Source of the DNA: Lytechinus pictus
Taxonomy: Eukaryota
NCBI RefSeq assembly: GCF_037042905.1
Contig: NC_087250.1
Coordinates: 26,228,001 to 26,292,000, forward strand
Direction of reading: 5' to 3'
Length of the DNA: 64,000 nucleotides
A model generated the notes under the pieces. That model made no database searches, was not told the DNA's origin, and was given only the letters and a program-made list of their open reading frames with translations. Shown here in pieces: positions 52,821 through 64,000 of this stretch. The stretch's first letter is position 1. The number at the start of each line of letters is the position of its first letter. The position numbers and the translations under genes are program-made.

Positions 52821-54198
52821 TGGCAAATTGTTGAGCGCACACTGATCGCCAGTGATCCCGATGGGTGCTAGTTCCAATGGCGTATGCTGGGGAAACGTGC
52901 CACCTCCCGCTGTGGCAGAGGAGTTCCGACATTAGCAAACACAACAAAAATTATACCAATTTGTTTGTTTTCAACAGCTGATTTTCCAAACTTTAGTTTC
53001 ATCCCCTTAAGATGCCCCCCCCCCCATAATACTTAAGATACACCTCTGCATGGTGTGCACCTCTCCATGCTCAAACAAGCCTACGCCCTGGAACCCAGGA
53101 ACGATGTTCTCTCGTTCACATACCTTCCGAAAACAATTAATGTGTAAAACATAAATATGTTACTCTTTGTCAACAAACCCAAGCAAAAGGCGAACTAAGA
53201 AAAAAAAATAATAAAAAAAAATAGCATAAAGCATTTCTTACCCGTATTCTGCACTTTTCACATTTTTAAAGGCATGAACCTTGTATTAATGTAGCTATTG
53301 CTTTCCAAATTATTGACCCATAATCATTGTTTCTGTATGCTTTGCATGTTCGATGATGTTGTAAATATTCATTGTAGCCTAAATTAATTGTAAATATCAT
53401 GTGTACACTCATACACCTAGAGCTGGTCGATATAGAAGATAAAATTGTACGTTATCTTATCTCATAAACGAGCTGCAGATATAGAACAAAGTCATATAAT
53501 TTTCAAAAATTGGGCTTGCAACGTTTACTCACGTCACGACGCGCTACCACGTTCGATTACCTTCATAAAAACGCGTCGTCTATTGCACAGGAGGAAGGGT
53601 CTACACTTTGATATTTTGCACGCCGGTTAATCACGAAATATATAGCTTGTTAGTAAAAGACTATCACGACGCCACTCACCAAAATACACCAGCAGAAAGC
53701 TCGCAATGTATGTTGGCAACCAAACATGCAACTTTGGCCTATGTCATCATCCTTTAAATAAACTTTCATAATTTTATTCTTATTTCACGTACTGGTAACC
53801 TATGAAGCAGTTCAATCTCAGATCATAATGTGCCTTGCATGTGTTGGTAACTGTTTATGGTTTACAGAATCGAATCCGAAAAGAACCTGTGCAGGGCGGT
53901 CGGTCGGATACAGCGCCGAGGGTGTTGGACTGTTCTCAATGACAATAAACTTGTATTGTGCTAACGCAACGTTATGTTTACGTGAGGATGATGCATATCC
54001 TAACGCTTCGTAGATTAGAGGGATTTTAAAAAACAAATTTACGCAGCGAGCTGCGGCGTGATTACGTGAGTAAACGTTGAAAGCCTAACGTGTGAGGCTT
54101 GGGACGTGCGAACAATCTTCGCCGGGCTGATGCTATACCGTCTGTGCTACTCTACTGCCAATCAAGGTTAACTAAACTTTTATGAAGTGTACACATAC

Positions 54199-54264
54199 CG
54201 TAAAAGATGAAAAAGCTATGTTTGTTATCAGTCGTAAGGCTTTGTTGAAACGCATTTAAAAAAA
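54199..54264 (-). CDS. SLC5A-like exon 2 (in-frame TAA at codon 3)
   Basis: cag|FF*MRFNKALRLITNIAFSSFT|gtatgt; 66 nt. Confidence 0.85.
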
Positions 54265-54759
54265 CTGTGAGAAAGAAAGATATTAACATGAATAATTGTT
54301 TCTTTTACTACCTTTATTTTCTGAGGGAAATATAAAATAAACGTACAACCATAACACTGCATTTGTCTTGTCAATTAAGACAATTTAGATTGAGAAGAAC
54401 CTAAATTAAAACCATTTACAAAAAAAAGTCTTTGAAAATACCAGTTTCTTAATTGTTAGCGCTCTATGAATAGGGACTGACGATAAAGTATTTTTCTCCT
54501 CTCATTTTCGTCTTTGTATCGGTATTATTTTCAATTTTTTTTTTTTTTTTGGGGGGTGGGTTCTTCACTTTCTTCTTCTTCGTCGTCGTTATCATCTTCT
54601 TCTTCTCCTCCTTTTTCATCATCTTTTTTTTTCTTCTTCTTCTTCTCCTCCTCCTCCTTTTTCTTCTTTCAATCTCCCCCCCCCCCCCTCTCCGTCACTA
54701 TACAATTTCAACACCATAAGAAAGATAACAATTTATCGATCGTGTCGATGGTTGCTCAC

Positions 54760-55123
54760 CTCATAAATACTAATGACGTTTATTCTAAGGAAAGTGGGCA
54801 GGAAAAGGCGACAAAACAAGACATCTCCTAGGGCTCCTAGCTGTCACCATTATCCAGGAAAACATAGTCCCATATACGTAGATCTCACCAGGCATTGATA
54901 TTACACTTATTGCAGATATATAGCTCACCGCCAGGGACATCGCAACAGGGAAAATGCCCATTTTTCGATTACCCACTAGGAATTCATCGGCCGTCTTTTG
55001 CTTGCCGCCGGAGCAAGCGGAGTACACACCGATAGACGCGGACACAAGAAGCATCGCACCGAAGACGACGTAGTCCGACACGCTGAAATAGCGGGGGCCT
55101 GAATCGAGTCCTTGTTGATCCAT
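54760..55123 (-). CDS. SLC5A-like coding exon 1 (frameshift near 54837-54842)
   Basis: MDQQ..DYVVFGAML..PVAMSL..EIYVYGTMFSWIMVT, then shifted frame LGALGDVLFCRLFLPTFLRINVISIYE|GTGAG; 364 nt. Confidence 0.9.
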
Positions 55124-57489
55124 GATGATGACTGTGGATGTAATGATTAAAATGAGCTATTGGAATGTTTTTTTAAACAAAATTAGGCAGTTCTAAACAT
55201 TAATAATAATACTATAAATTGCATGTCTGAATAAATTGCCAGTGTTTTACCCTCCTTTGGATGACTGAGAGAAAAGGGGAAATAGATGGTTTGAAAAGTG
55301 TGCCCAAAAATGCGTGTAAAACGGGCCTTATATTCTTGTTTCGCATTCATGACCCAAATATCAAAAGCCATAGGTATGAACTTAAAGAATTAATATAAGT
55401 CAAGTGTTATAAAGGTTATGCCGTTCCATTGCGTTTCTGGTATACTTTCGACCATATCTTGACTTGATTTTGGTACAACTATACAATGCATAGCTTCCAT
55501 CATGTCCATTGGCATGATTGGGTTATATTTACTTTAGAGTGCTTTATTATTTTTTTGATATAAAAAAATGTGCGAAAAAACTACAACAATTCTGTTAAAA
55601 ATCACGCATTGAAAATAAATCAAATTGTGCCATAATCACATAACATAATGAGTTACATCGGAGACAGTGCAGTATGATTAAGTCAATATTTTAGCCAAGA
55701 TCCCCCAAACCTTGCCATGTGTAGTATTATGCTTTTTTCCCTTCAAGAGTACATAATGACATTTGTGCAAATAAAAGCACCTGGATACTACTGGCTGGTA
55801 AAAAAAACACACACAAATAGAGAGAAAAAAATGAATTTTAGAGTACTTGTAACATGCTCGTGACTAATTAAGGCAATGACTTTCAAAAATGTGCAATTGA
55901 TCTGATCAACAACAGTCAGTAATTCCAACATCCACAATGCATTATTTGTTCAAAATATTATCTAGATGTGCAGAATGTGTTGAAATCTTGAGCATGTCTA
56001 GCGCATTTGTGAAAAAATAGTGTGCTTTTTTCTGTTTACAAAGGAAACTGTGTAAATTTTCTGTACAAAACTGATGACATTTTGCATTTATTTGAGGTTG
56101 AGTGGATCAATCGTTACTCTTTGTAAGACAGGGCGTGGATTTAACTAATTGTAGAGACGTCTCCACGACACCTCCTCAGTCTGGTATCTCTGAGGCAGTG
56201 TAGTAAAATAACGCGAAATCGTCATTACGGTATAGCGTTAATTTCGGTGAAAGTTACGTAATCTTCGCACACCGAATTCGCATAGCGGCAGCATGGTCGA
56301 GTGATTTTTGTAGCCTGTTATTAGTCGTTTCGCGCGTGTTTGACCAAGGAGCTTCCCACAGAAGCTTGCACCGTGCGATGATGCACACAGCACCCGCGCT
56401 CTTGACCGAAGAGCCGACCCAACATGCCCAATTAACTTACACACAAACTTAGGCCTATACCTCAGTTATCTCTCCTTGCATGCACACACCAGTTAGTAGC
56501 TCCATGCACACACCAAACCCCATCTCCCTGGTATACACATGATACATGTAATGATAAGCATGATGAGAGAGAATTGAGAGGAATGAGGGAAATTGTTCTC
56601 TGACCATCGTGATCATTGTGAATGTAGGCCTACAAAACATGCTAACTGACTACGGCCTACGTGACCAACCAGCCAGTACCAGTTAAATTAGTTACCGTTT
56701 CCCCCTTTTCTGCACTTAACAGTCATTATAAAGCCGAAGGAAAATAAGGGATATTATGATTCATGTGATATTGGACAAGTCATGTAAGTTTTATAATTTC
56801 ATTATGTTCATCTGTTTTGTAATTGATGATCCTGCAATTCCTTCACTGTGTCAGTGAACTGCATCAAGGACTCATCATTTTTATATAGTTTTTACTGGTT
56901 TTTATTGTACATGTCAATCTTATACTCCCGTTGCTATCACCTCTGATTATTAAAACTAACTCAAATAACCTTCAATATCACTGTAGTAGTACGACGTTGT
57001 GTGCATACCAGTACACTACGTGTAGAATGAAAGTTCACATATCGGATACAAAAGTTTACGTGAATGACGGCTGTCATAAACGCCTACCAGTCGTTTTATT
57101 CTGCTTGGCAAAACTGATGTACATGTTCTTTTGCTAATTTATAACAAAATGGCACGGTAAAAATCTAATCGGCGTGGATAGATCGGATGCTAATAAAGTT
57201 GAAAAACAAAGTATCGTAGTTTGCGGAAATCCTTTTGTTTTGGGACAAATCGCCGGGAAGGGAAAGAAGGGGGAAGAGCTCGTGGAATCGTTCGCTCTCG
57301 CTTGTTTCTCATAGGTTTGCGTGCAAATCTCTGTGAACCGTTGGCAATGTGCAGCGCTCTCGCTGTAATCGATTCATTGTGGTGACCTCATTTTATTACA
57401 TGTTTGCGTAATGACGATTTCGCGTGATTTTACTACACTGTGAGGAGTGGCAAGTTAATAAAATATATTTCGATTTTAATGACTTTTTG

Positions 57490-58464
57490 AAATTTACACT
57501 TGGAAAAGCCCTGGGAAATAAAAAAATAAACAACATGTGAGTAATTTCTTCACATATAATCTTGGGTTTTATAGGTGTCATCTATCTAATGAAAGTAAAA
57601 GTTTTGACAGAATGTTACACTTGAATGAGCACTGTCCATTTTTGCAAAGCTCGCATTAATATGTTTCTGCAGAAATTCTCGTTTTCATGCTGGGTCAAGG
57701 GGAAAAGGCGAAATCAAACTTACCCTGCGAAACATTTCTCATACATTTTCCTTGCACTTTGAGTCAATTAAAGTAAAACGGATACATGCAAGTATTTTGT
57801 AACAATTTTGCCACCAAAATTAAAATTTTGAACACCTAGTAAGCACATCCTTAACACTTGTTGTGCCAGCTGGATCTGAGGACATAACTGAATCTGAACA
57901 AAAGTTTATATCAGATATCTCTTACATTTTCTTCACTAAGTTTTTATCATTTAAAGAGGGCTTACATTTCATTTTTCATTTAATACTTGTTTCTTCAAAT
58001 TTTTCCCAATCTTGACAATAATTAACGAAATGAAAATCAAGCCTAAGCCAAATCATGAAAATCACAGCTCAGTGTAAAGCAAATATCATCATGATGGCCT
58101 CGGTGTGTGGGGGAGTGGGGTGGGGCGCAATGGCACTATTCGCAGTGTTTTGGGCAAGGAAACAGGTTAAAAAATTTAAAAGATATCTTCAAATCAATTT
58201 CACTAGCTAAATTTCATGTGTTCCTCGTGATTAAGGTCTACTTTTATTCGCATTACTATTTCAAAGCTCTGCGCAAATCATTTTCACTAACTTTTCAAAA
58301 AAAGTGGTGCTCACTCAAGCGGAAATATTTTTCGACAGTTATATCGTCATTTGCCTAAATGGATCTGTACCAATGTTAAAATGTCGAAAAATCTTCAGGA
58401 TACTACAAATGTATAATTTTACAGGACTTTTTCTAAGAGTAAACCTTTTTTTTTATACGCACTG
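57490..58464. mobile_element. Tc1/mariner-like non-autonomous element, left end truncated
   Basis: Right end ...TTTTTTATACGCACTG|TA; left TTTACACTTGGAAAAGCCCTG is complementary to CAGGACTTTTTCTAAGAGTAAA. Confidence 0.55.
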
Positions 58465-58848
58465 TATAACAGTAGAAAGGTGGCAATCCAACCTTTTTTT
58501 TTTAATTAGTACGCAGGGGCCCATTTCTCATCACCGTCATAAGTCTAACTTTTTGACTAAATCGGAGATAGTGAGCTACTTGTCCGCTAACCTTTTTACG
58601 AAGCCCTCTTTACCAAGATCGGGTACAACAACCTCACTAAATATTTATGACACATCCGAGCCTGTCATAACTTCTTTCTTAATGACGTAGTGGCATCACG
58701 TGGGTAGACTATGACATGCAAAAGTGCCTAGAAATTTTAAAATTATAATCTTACGTAATCAATCATATTGATCCCCAGGACAGTACACACGAATGTGTAC
58801 GGTCCTGGGGATTTGTATAAATAGACTACGTTATCAGATAATTTTCGA

Positions 58849-58887
58849 CACTTGATAAAGAGTTGCAGCGGCATTCGAAAGCTCGTG
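58849..58887 (+). ncRNA. Variant minimal hammerhead-like motif (Penelope-like element remnant)
   Basis: CAC-TTGATAA-A-GAGTTGC-AGCG-GCATTC-GAAA-GC-TC-GTG. Confidence 0.5.
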
Positions 58888-59528
58888 AACTTGTAAGCTA
58901 GTGAACACTTTTTGCGAGAGTGATCACGAATTTCCTAGAAAGGTAGTGAACACTTTTTGCGAGAGAGATCACGAGTTTCCTTGTTTACCATAGTAGATTG
59001 CGAGACAAATGATACCCGCTAGCGATTATTTCAATCCGCAATAATGAACCTATTTAGTATTTGCAATTTTGTCATAATTTTTCTTTTTGAAAATTATGCT
59101 ATTTTGTGACTAAGGCTACGTCTCGTCTGCTCTTTTTACCGATAGTATCGATATCAAGGTATTCTAGTGAGGAAGCCTTTCGAAAAACAGGTTTAGTAAG
59201 ATTGGAAATAACTCCGTGGTTGGTGGATAAAGATATGACTAACTTGTCCATGTGTCGAGAAACGGGCCCCAGGCCCTTTCATAATTTAAATCTAATCTGA
59301 GGTGGGTGAATCACGGCTAAACATAATGAAACGCATTTCTAATTAAGTCTCTTGACCTGGATATTACAAGCATACTGAAAAAAGATTTTAAAAAATAAAT
59401 GAAGACCGAAGATGCATTTTTTTTTTCCAAAACATGAAAATTAAACATTCCCTCTCTGTTTTAAAAGCATGATTGAGACTACTGTGAAAGTAGAGGGGGG
59501 ATTCAAGAAAAAAAGAAGGTAAGAAATC

Positions 59529-59682
<154 letters not shown>

Positions 59683-60431
59683 TACAGCGCATTAAATCAC
59701 TCTGAAAACGAGAAGAAGATACACATCAACGCAAATCAAATCGAATCTTTTTACTCTCTTCAATCAGTGAAGATAGATATTCTCACTTTAATGTTCTTCT
59801 TACCTTATTGCGGCTATTCTTGTTCCTTGCAGAGAGAGGGGTGGATTTAATATGCATCCAAATCCACTGGGTCCTGGATTTTAAGGACTTTATTCATGTT
59901 GTTGTTATCATATACCACGTGACCGCTCACGTGATATGATAAAACGTTTGTCCCAGATGTATCATAGCATCTGCAAAGTGATTAGAAATTTGATATAAAA
60001 AAATATACTATGTATACATAAACTTAAGTTCAAGTTCAACCTTCTTATATTTGCATTCATGGGGCGTGGATAATAAAAACATAACATAAAACGTGTTTAT
60101 GATGTATTAATTTGTAATTTCGATAAAGAATTTTCGCAAATTCAACCCAAGCACGCATCAACTGAAATGAAAATCTAAAACAAATCACAAGTACATTTTG
60201 TTCATTCGTCATCTTCTTCATATTTATCCAAGTTGTCACATTATCAGTGATGTTCGATGTGAGCTTCTCCGATTGGTCCTCCTTTTTGAATTGGAATAAT
60301 CAGGACAATGGGTTCAACATAAAATACTTAATCGTTTAGAGTGCTCAGGAAAAAGGAGGACATTTGAATAATTGAATAATTTCCTTATCAACGCAAATTA
60401 CCATGACAGGCTCACAATCTTAATGTTTTGA

Positions 60432-61007
60432 AGGGATGCTCCGGGCAGTAAAATTTGAAGATACAAATGCTAATTTTTTTAATCAAAATCAGAAACAAAT
60501 AACGAAGTTATTGCATTTTAAAGATTTGCACTTTTCCGGTGAAACAGTTCTAGCATATATTCATGAATATTCATTAGGTGGGCTGATGATGTCATATCCC
60601 CATTTGTTTTTTTGTATTTTATTATATGAATTTGGGTTTATTCAAAATGTATCTACCAAGAAATAAAACAGTTCGATTGACAACTGATTAAGTGCATTAG
60701 ATATTCATCGCTGCAATTTATTTCGTCATAATGGAGACACATCATTGACACATTTATGAAAAAATAAAATAATTATGATTTCATGTAATAACATGAGAAA
60801 AAGGAAAGTAAGGATGTGACATCATCAGCCCATGTGATGAATATTCATGAAGGCATGCCTAAAACTATTCAAACGGAATAATGCAAATATTTAGAATTCA
60901 TTAACTTTGTTAATTGTTATTCGATTTTGATGAAATTTTCAGCATTTTGCTTAACGAATTTTTACTGTATTTATTTAGATATAAATATCTTCATCCTGGA
61001 GCTCCCT
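60432..61007. mobile_element. Kolobok-like MITE with long inverted arms
   Basis: AGGGATGCTCCGGG...CCTGGAGCTCCCT|TTAA; internal inverted GGGCTGATGATGTCA/TGACATCATCAGCCC. Confidence 0.7.
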
Positions 61008-62405
61008 TTAAGTATTGCCCATGTTGGTAAATTTCTGTGACAAAGTTGACCATATTTTCAAAATGAACACATTGAGTCAATCTATCGGAAAGCGCCCTCA
61101 GTCGTTCTTGTTATTAATTCCAAAGCCTAGTCGTGTGTAGATGGGGGTTTTCTCTCTCTCTTGTCTATTTTCTATGATATTTATTATTTTTTTCTATTAT
61201 TTCAATATTTATATATTTATATCATGTATTCTTATCATAGCTTCATTCAAATTTTTGACTATGTTCTTCTATTAAACTTCTTACTCTTGGCATTATTATT
61301 ATTATCATTATTGTTATTAACATTATCGATTGGGTTTGATTTTCTTATTCTTCTTCTGAGGGGTGGGTTCTTGTACTAAGTTGATAGTGTTTACAATTAT
61401 ATCCCTTACTTAAGATCGTTGTATTGAGAGTGTACACAACGAGAAAAAGGAATAGTTTTATTACGAAAAACGTTTGCCATAAAATAGCATCTGCAAAGTG
61501 ATTAGAAATTTGATATAAAAAATATATACTTTGTATACATAAACTTAAGTTCAAGTTCAACCTTCTTATATTTGCATTCATGGGGCGTGCATAATAAAAA
61601 CATAACATAAAACGTGTTTATGATGTATCACTTTGTAATTTCGATACATAATTACAATATAGAGTTTTTGCAAATCCAACCCTAGCACGCAGCAAATGCA
61701 CTGACAATCTAAGTCAAATCACAATGAAAAGGTTGGAGGTCTTTGTCAAACATTGATGAATCGGAACAACAATTCCGTCCTACGTTTCCGAGCTGACAAA
61801 AAAACGCAATGCCGTTTGTCCAAAGTCACGGACGAAACCGTTGTATCAATTCACAAACCTTCGACAAAGACATCATTGTCATGAATGGCATTTGATATCA
61901 CATTCTCTATGTTTCAGAAGGTGTCCTGCTTAGTATTTACGAGAATGTCCTAATGTATTATACTGTAGAAGCCTACGTTGTAAAGCCAGAGCCCTGAGAA
62001 CGATTGTTTTTTTACTGGGGTGCTAATGTAATTTTGACAAGCAAAAAAAAAAGGAGGTTTCACTGCAAAATATAAGTCATTTTCCTTTCATTTATCAAAT
62101 TTGAACACCTGCCATATTTGAGTGGGTACTGCCAGTGGAGAATAATACGAAGGAAATCTTGGGGGTGCTTCATCTCCCCAGCACCCCCGCTTCCCAGGGT
62201 CATGCGCAAAGCCTTGGTCTGGGTTTACTGTATGGCAAACAAAATTAACGCGAGGAAGCAACGAGAGTGACAGATCATGACAAAATTCTCCTTCTGGTAC
62301 CTGGTATGGTTAAGTCTTATTTACCGTATGAAAATTACAAAACAAAATGAAAGTGTACAAAAGTGGATGATTGCTACAAAATGTGAACATAATGCCTATT
62401 CTTAA

Positions 62406-62836
62406 AGCCCCCATCACACTTATTCCGAATCAAGCAGAATTGGCCTGAATGAAAGGACTATTGTTTGACCACCAGTTGGTCGTTTAAATCTACTTCGAAC
62501 ACCGTTCGAAAATATCCCTCGAATGTTTTAAACATGACCAAAACCTTCGGGACGGCCAAAAGAAATGACAAAAATATTTCGAATGCACTCAGAATGCAGT
62601 CTGGATATTTAAAATGCCCCTAGAATGTCCAAGAACGTAGCACGAATTATCAATCTGACTCCACTGCGGTACATTTTGACTAGTGTATGATGATACACCT
62701 GGTCAATTTACTGAATTTCAACTCCAGTTTGGTGAATTTATAAGTTCCTCCCAATTTTTTTTAGATTTTTTGAATATTTTGTTCTTTCCAGCTTCTGCTT
62801 GATTCCTGCTGATTACGAATAAGTGTGATGGGGGCT
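62406..62836. mobile_element. Harbinger-like MITE
   Basis: TIR AGCCCCCATCACACTTATTC / GAATAAGTGTGATGGGGGCT. Confidence 0.85.
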
Positions 62837-64000
62837 AAAAAAATACAATACTGAACGATGACGCTTCTCTTCGCCATTGATTTCATGGTTCTGTTCTTCC
62901 TATAGAGGTTCTTTCAATATAACAGAATAAATAACATACGGATAAAATTCTCAATTTTAAATAAACCTGACAATGGTGCCGTGACCTGGAGACCTTGCTG
63001 TACAGTCCTATAGACGAAACCGACTCCAGAAAAAGGCATTGGGAAGCAGGGTTAGAGGGGGTGCTGAAGCGCCAAAATTTCCTTTGGGATGCTGCGTGCA
63101 TTATTTTTCATAGGCAACATCCCCGAGTATTCTGGAAGATGTGTCGAATTTGGAAAGGGTAATCAAAATGAAGTTCACTTTGCAGTGAAACTTCTTTTTT
63201 TTTTTTGGGGGGGGGGGTTGATATTACTCTGAACCGATTTGACCTCAATTTTGTAGTGAGAACCCTTTTCCCCCAATTTTTTTATGAACCAATTTGAAAT
63301 CCATGTAGTAGTAAGAAACCTTTTTTTTTTTTTTTTTTTTTTCATCAGCATCCCGAGTTAAAATATTATTCCCAGGGCCTTGCTTCAGACCGACCGAAAT
63401 TCTTTACGTAACATTTCCAAAGAGGGGACATTGGTCGGTGTCGGTTTGGAGTCCGTGTTGTCAGTATTGGGATTGTTTGTAACATTTTTATTAGTATCTT
63501 TTTTTTAGTTTCAGGGTATCAATGAAGCGTGATGTAGTTAGTCTGGTGTAATGCACTGTATTTAAGGGGGTCTGAATGCAGTATAGAGCCTACAAAGCAT
63601 TGCGAAAAGAAGCTCATCTCGCTGTCGCTAGAACTGAAACTGAAAAATTGTATTTGAGCTGTGCTTGTCTGGCGTCTACTTGCTGATTAAAGTTTTAATC
63701 AGGGTCTGCGCTCGCAGACTATTAAGCGCAAGTGATCGTGTAAACATTATTTTTATTTATCACCATTTGATTGGTGATACTTTCAACAAAGAATTTAAAA
63801 GTAGTAAACATAAATAAAACCATACATCTGGTAATTGAACAAGCTATGCGTATCATCATGACAGCTATTAATTTTATCTTTACACTTTGATTAGTATTTG
63901 ATATGTAATCTTGCAATTTATTGCCCTCAACGATGACATCCAAATCAACCCATGACAAACCTTGTTTCCTAATAAAATGCATACATATATATATGTACAT

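Larger units (their letters stand above)
33566..55123 (-). pseudogene. SLC5A5/6/8/12-family sodium:solute symporter (SMCT/SMVT/NIS-like), 15 coding exons, disrupted in exons 1 and 2 (recent pseudogene or null allele)
   Basis: All 15 exons found with GT-AG borders and consistent phases; total 1909 nt (3n+1), ~635 aa if repaired; motifs DYVVF, GGLKAVVWTD, NQ..VQR, CDP, PGLPG, STLSSGVNALAA. Confidence 0.9.

Noticed and set aside
48623..54264. Idea that the intronic TCA tRNA suppresses the host gene's premature stop
   Set aside because: The exon 2 stop is TAA, not TGA, and the exon 1 frameshift (ending at TAG) would remain.
63722..64000. 92-aa ORF at the window edge
   Set aside because: No recognisable motif and truncated by the window; cannot be supported.

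Overview
Eukaryotic, AT-rich, repeat-dense animal DNA. The repeat types suggest an echinoderm such as a sea urchin (inference, not proven). Two host genes converge. One is a single-coding-exon TRIM-type E3 ligase on + (28203-30146; RING, B-box, coiled coil, beta-propeller-like C-terminus). The other is a 15-coding-exon SLC5A5/6/8/12-family Na+/solute symporter on - (33566-55123), which I reconstructed exon by exon; it has a frameshift in exon 1 and an in-frame TAA in exon 2, while exons 3-15 are intact. A ~6.9 kb CR1/L2-group LINE insertion (13874-20761, 9-bp TSD) has an intact 1008-aa APE-RT ORF but a 3.1 kb 5' part with no ORF1, and sits in one copy of a local duplication that supplies empty sites. 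Most notable: (i) a hairpin MITE inside the LINE carries a strand-specific A->G cluster, consistent with ADAR editing fixed by reverse transcription; (ii) a complete tRNA-like cloverleaf with a TCA (UGA-reading) anticodon in a nested transposon stack; (iii) a transposon with minisatellite-built inverted ends; (iv) two minimal hammerhead-like motifs typical of Penelope-like elements. All alignments were done by eye, and no database searches were run.
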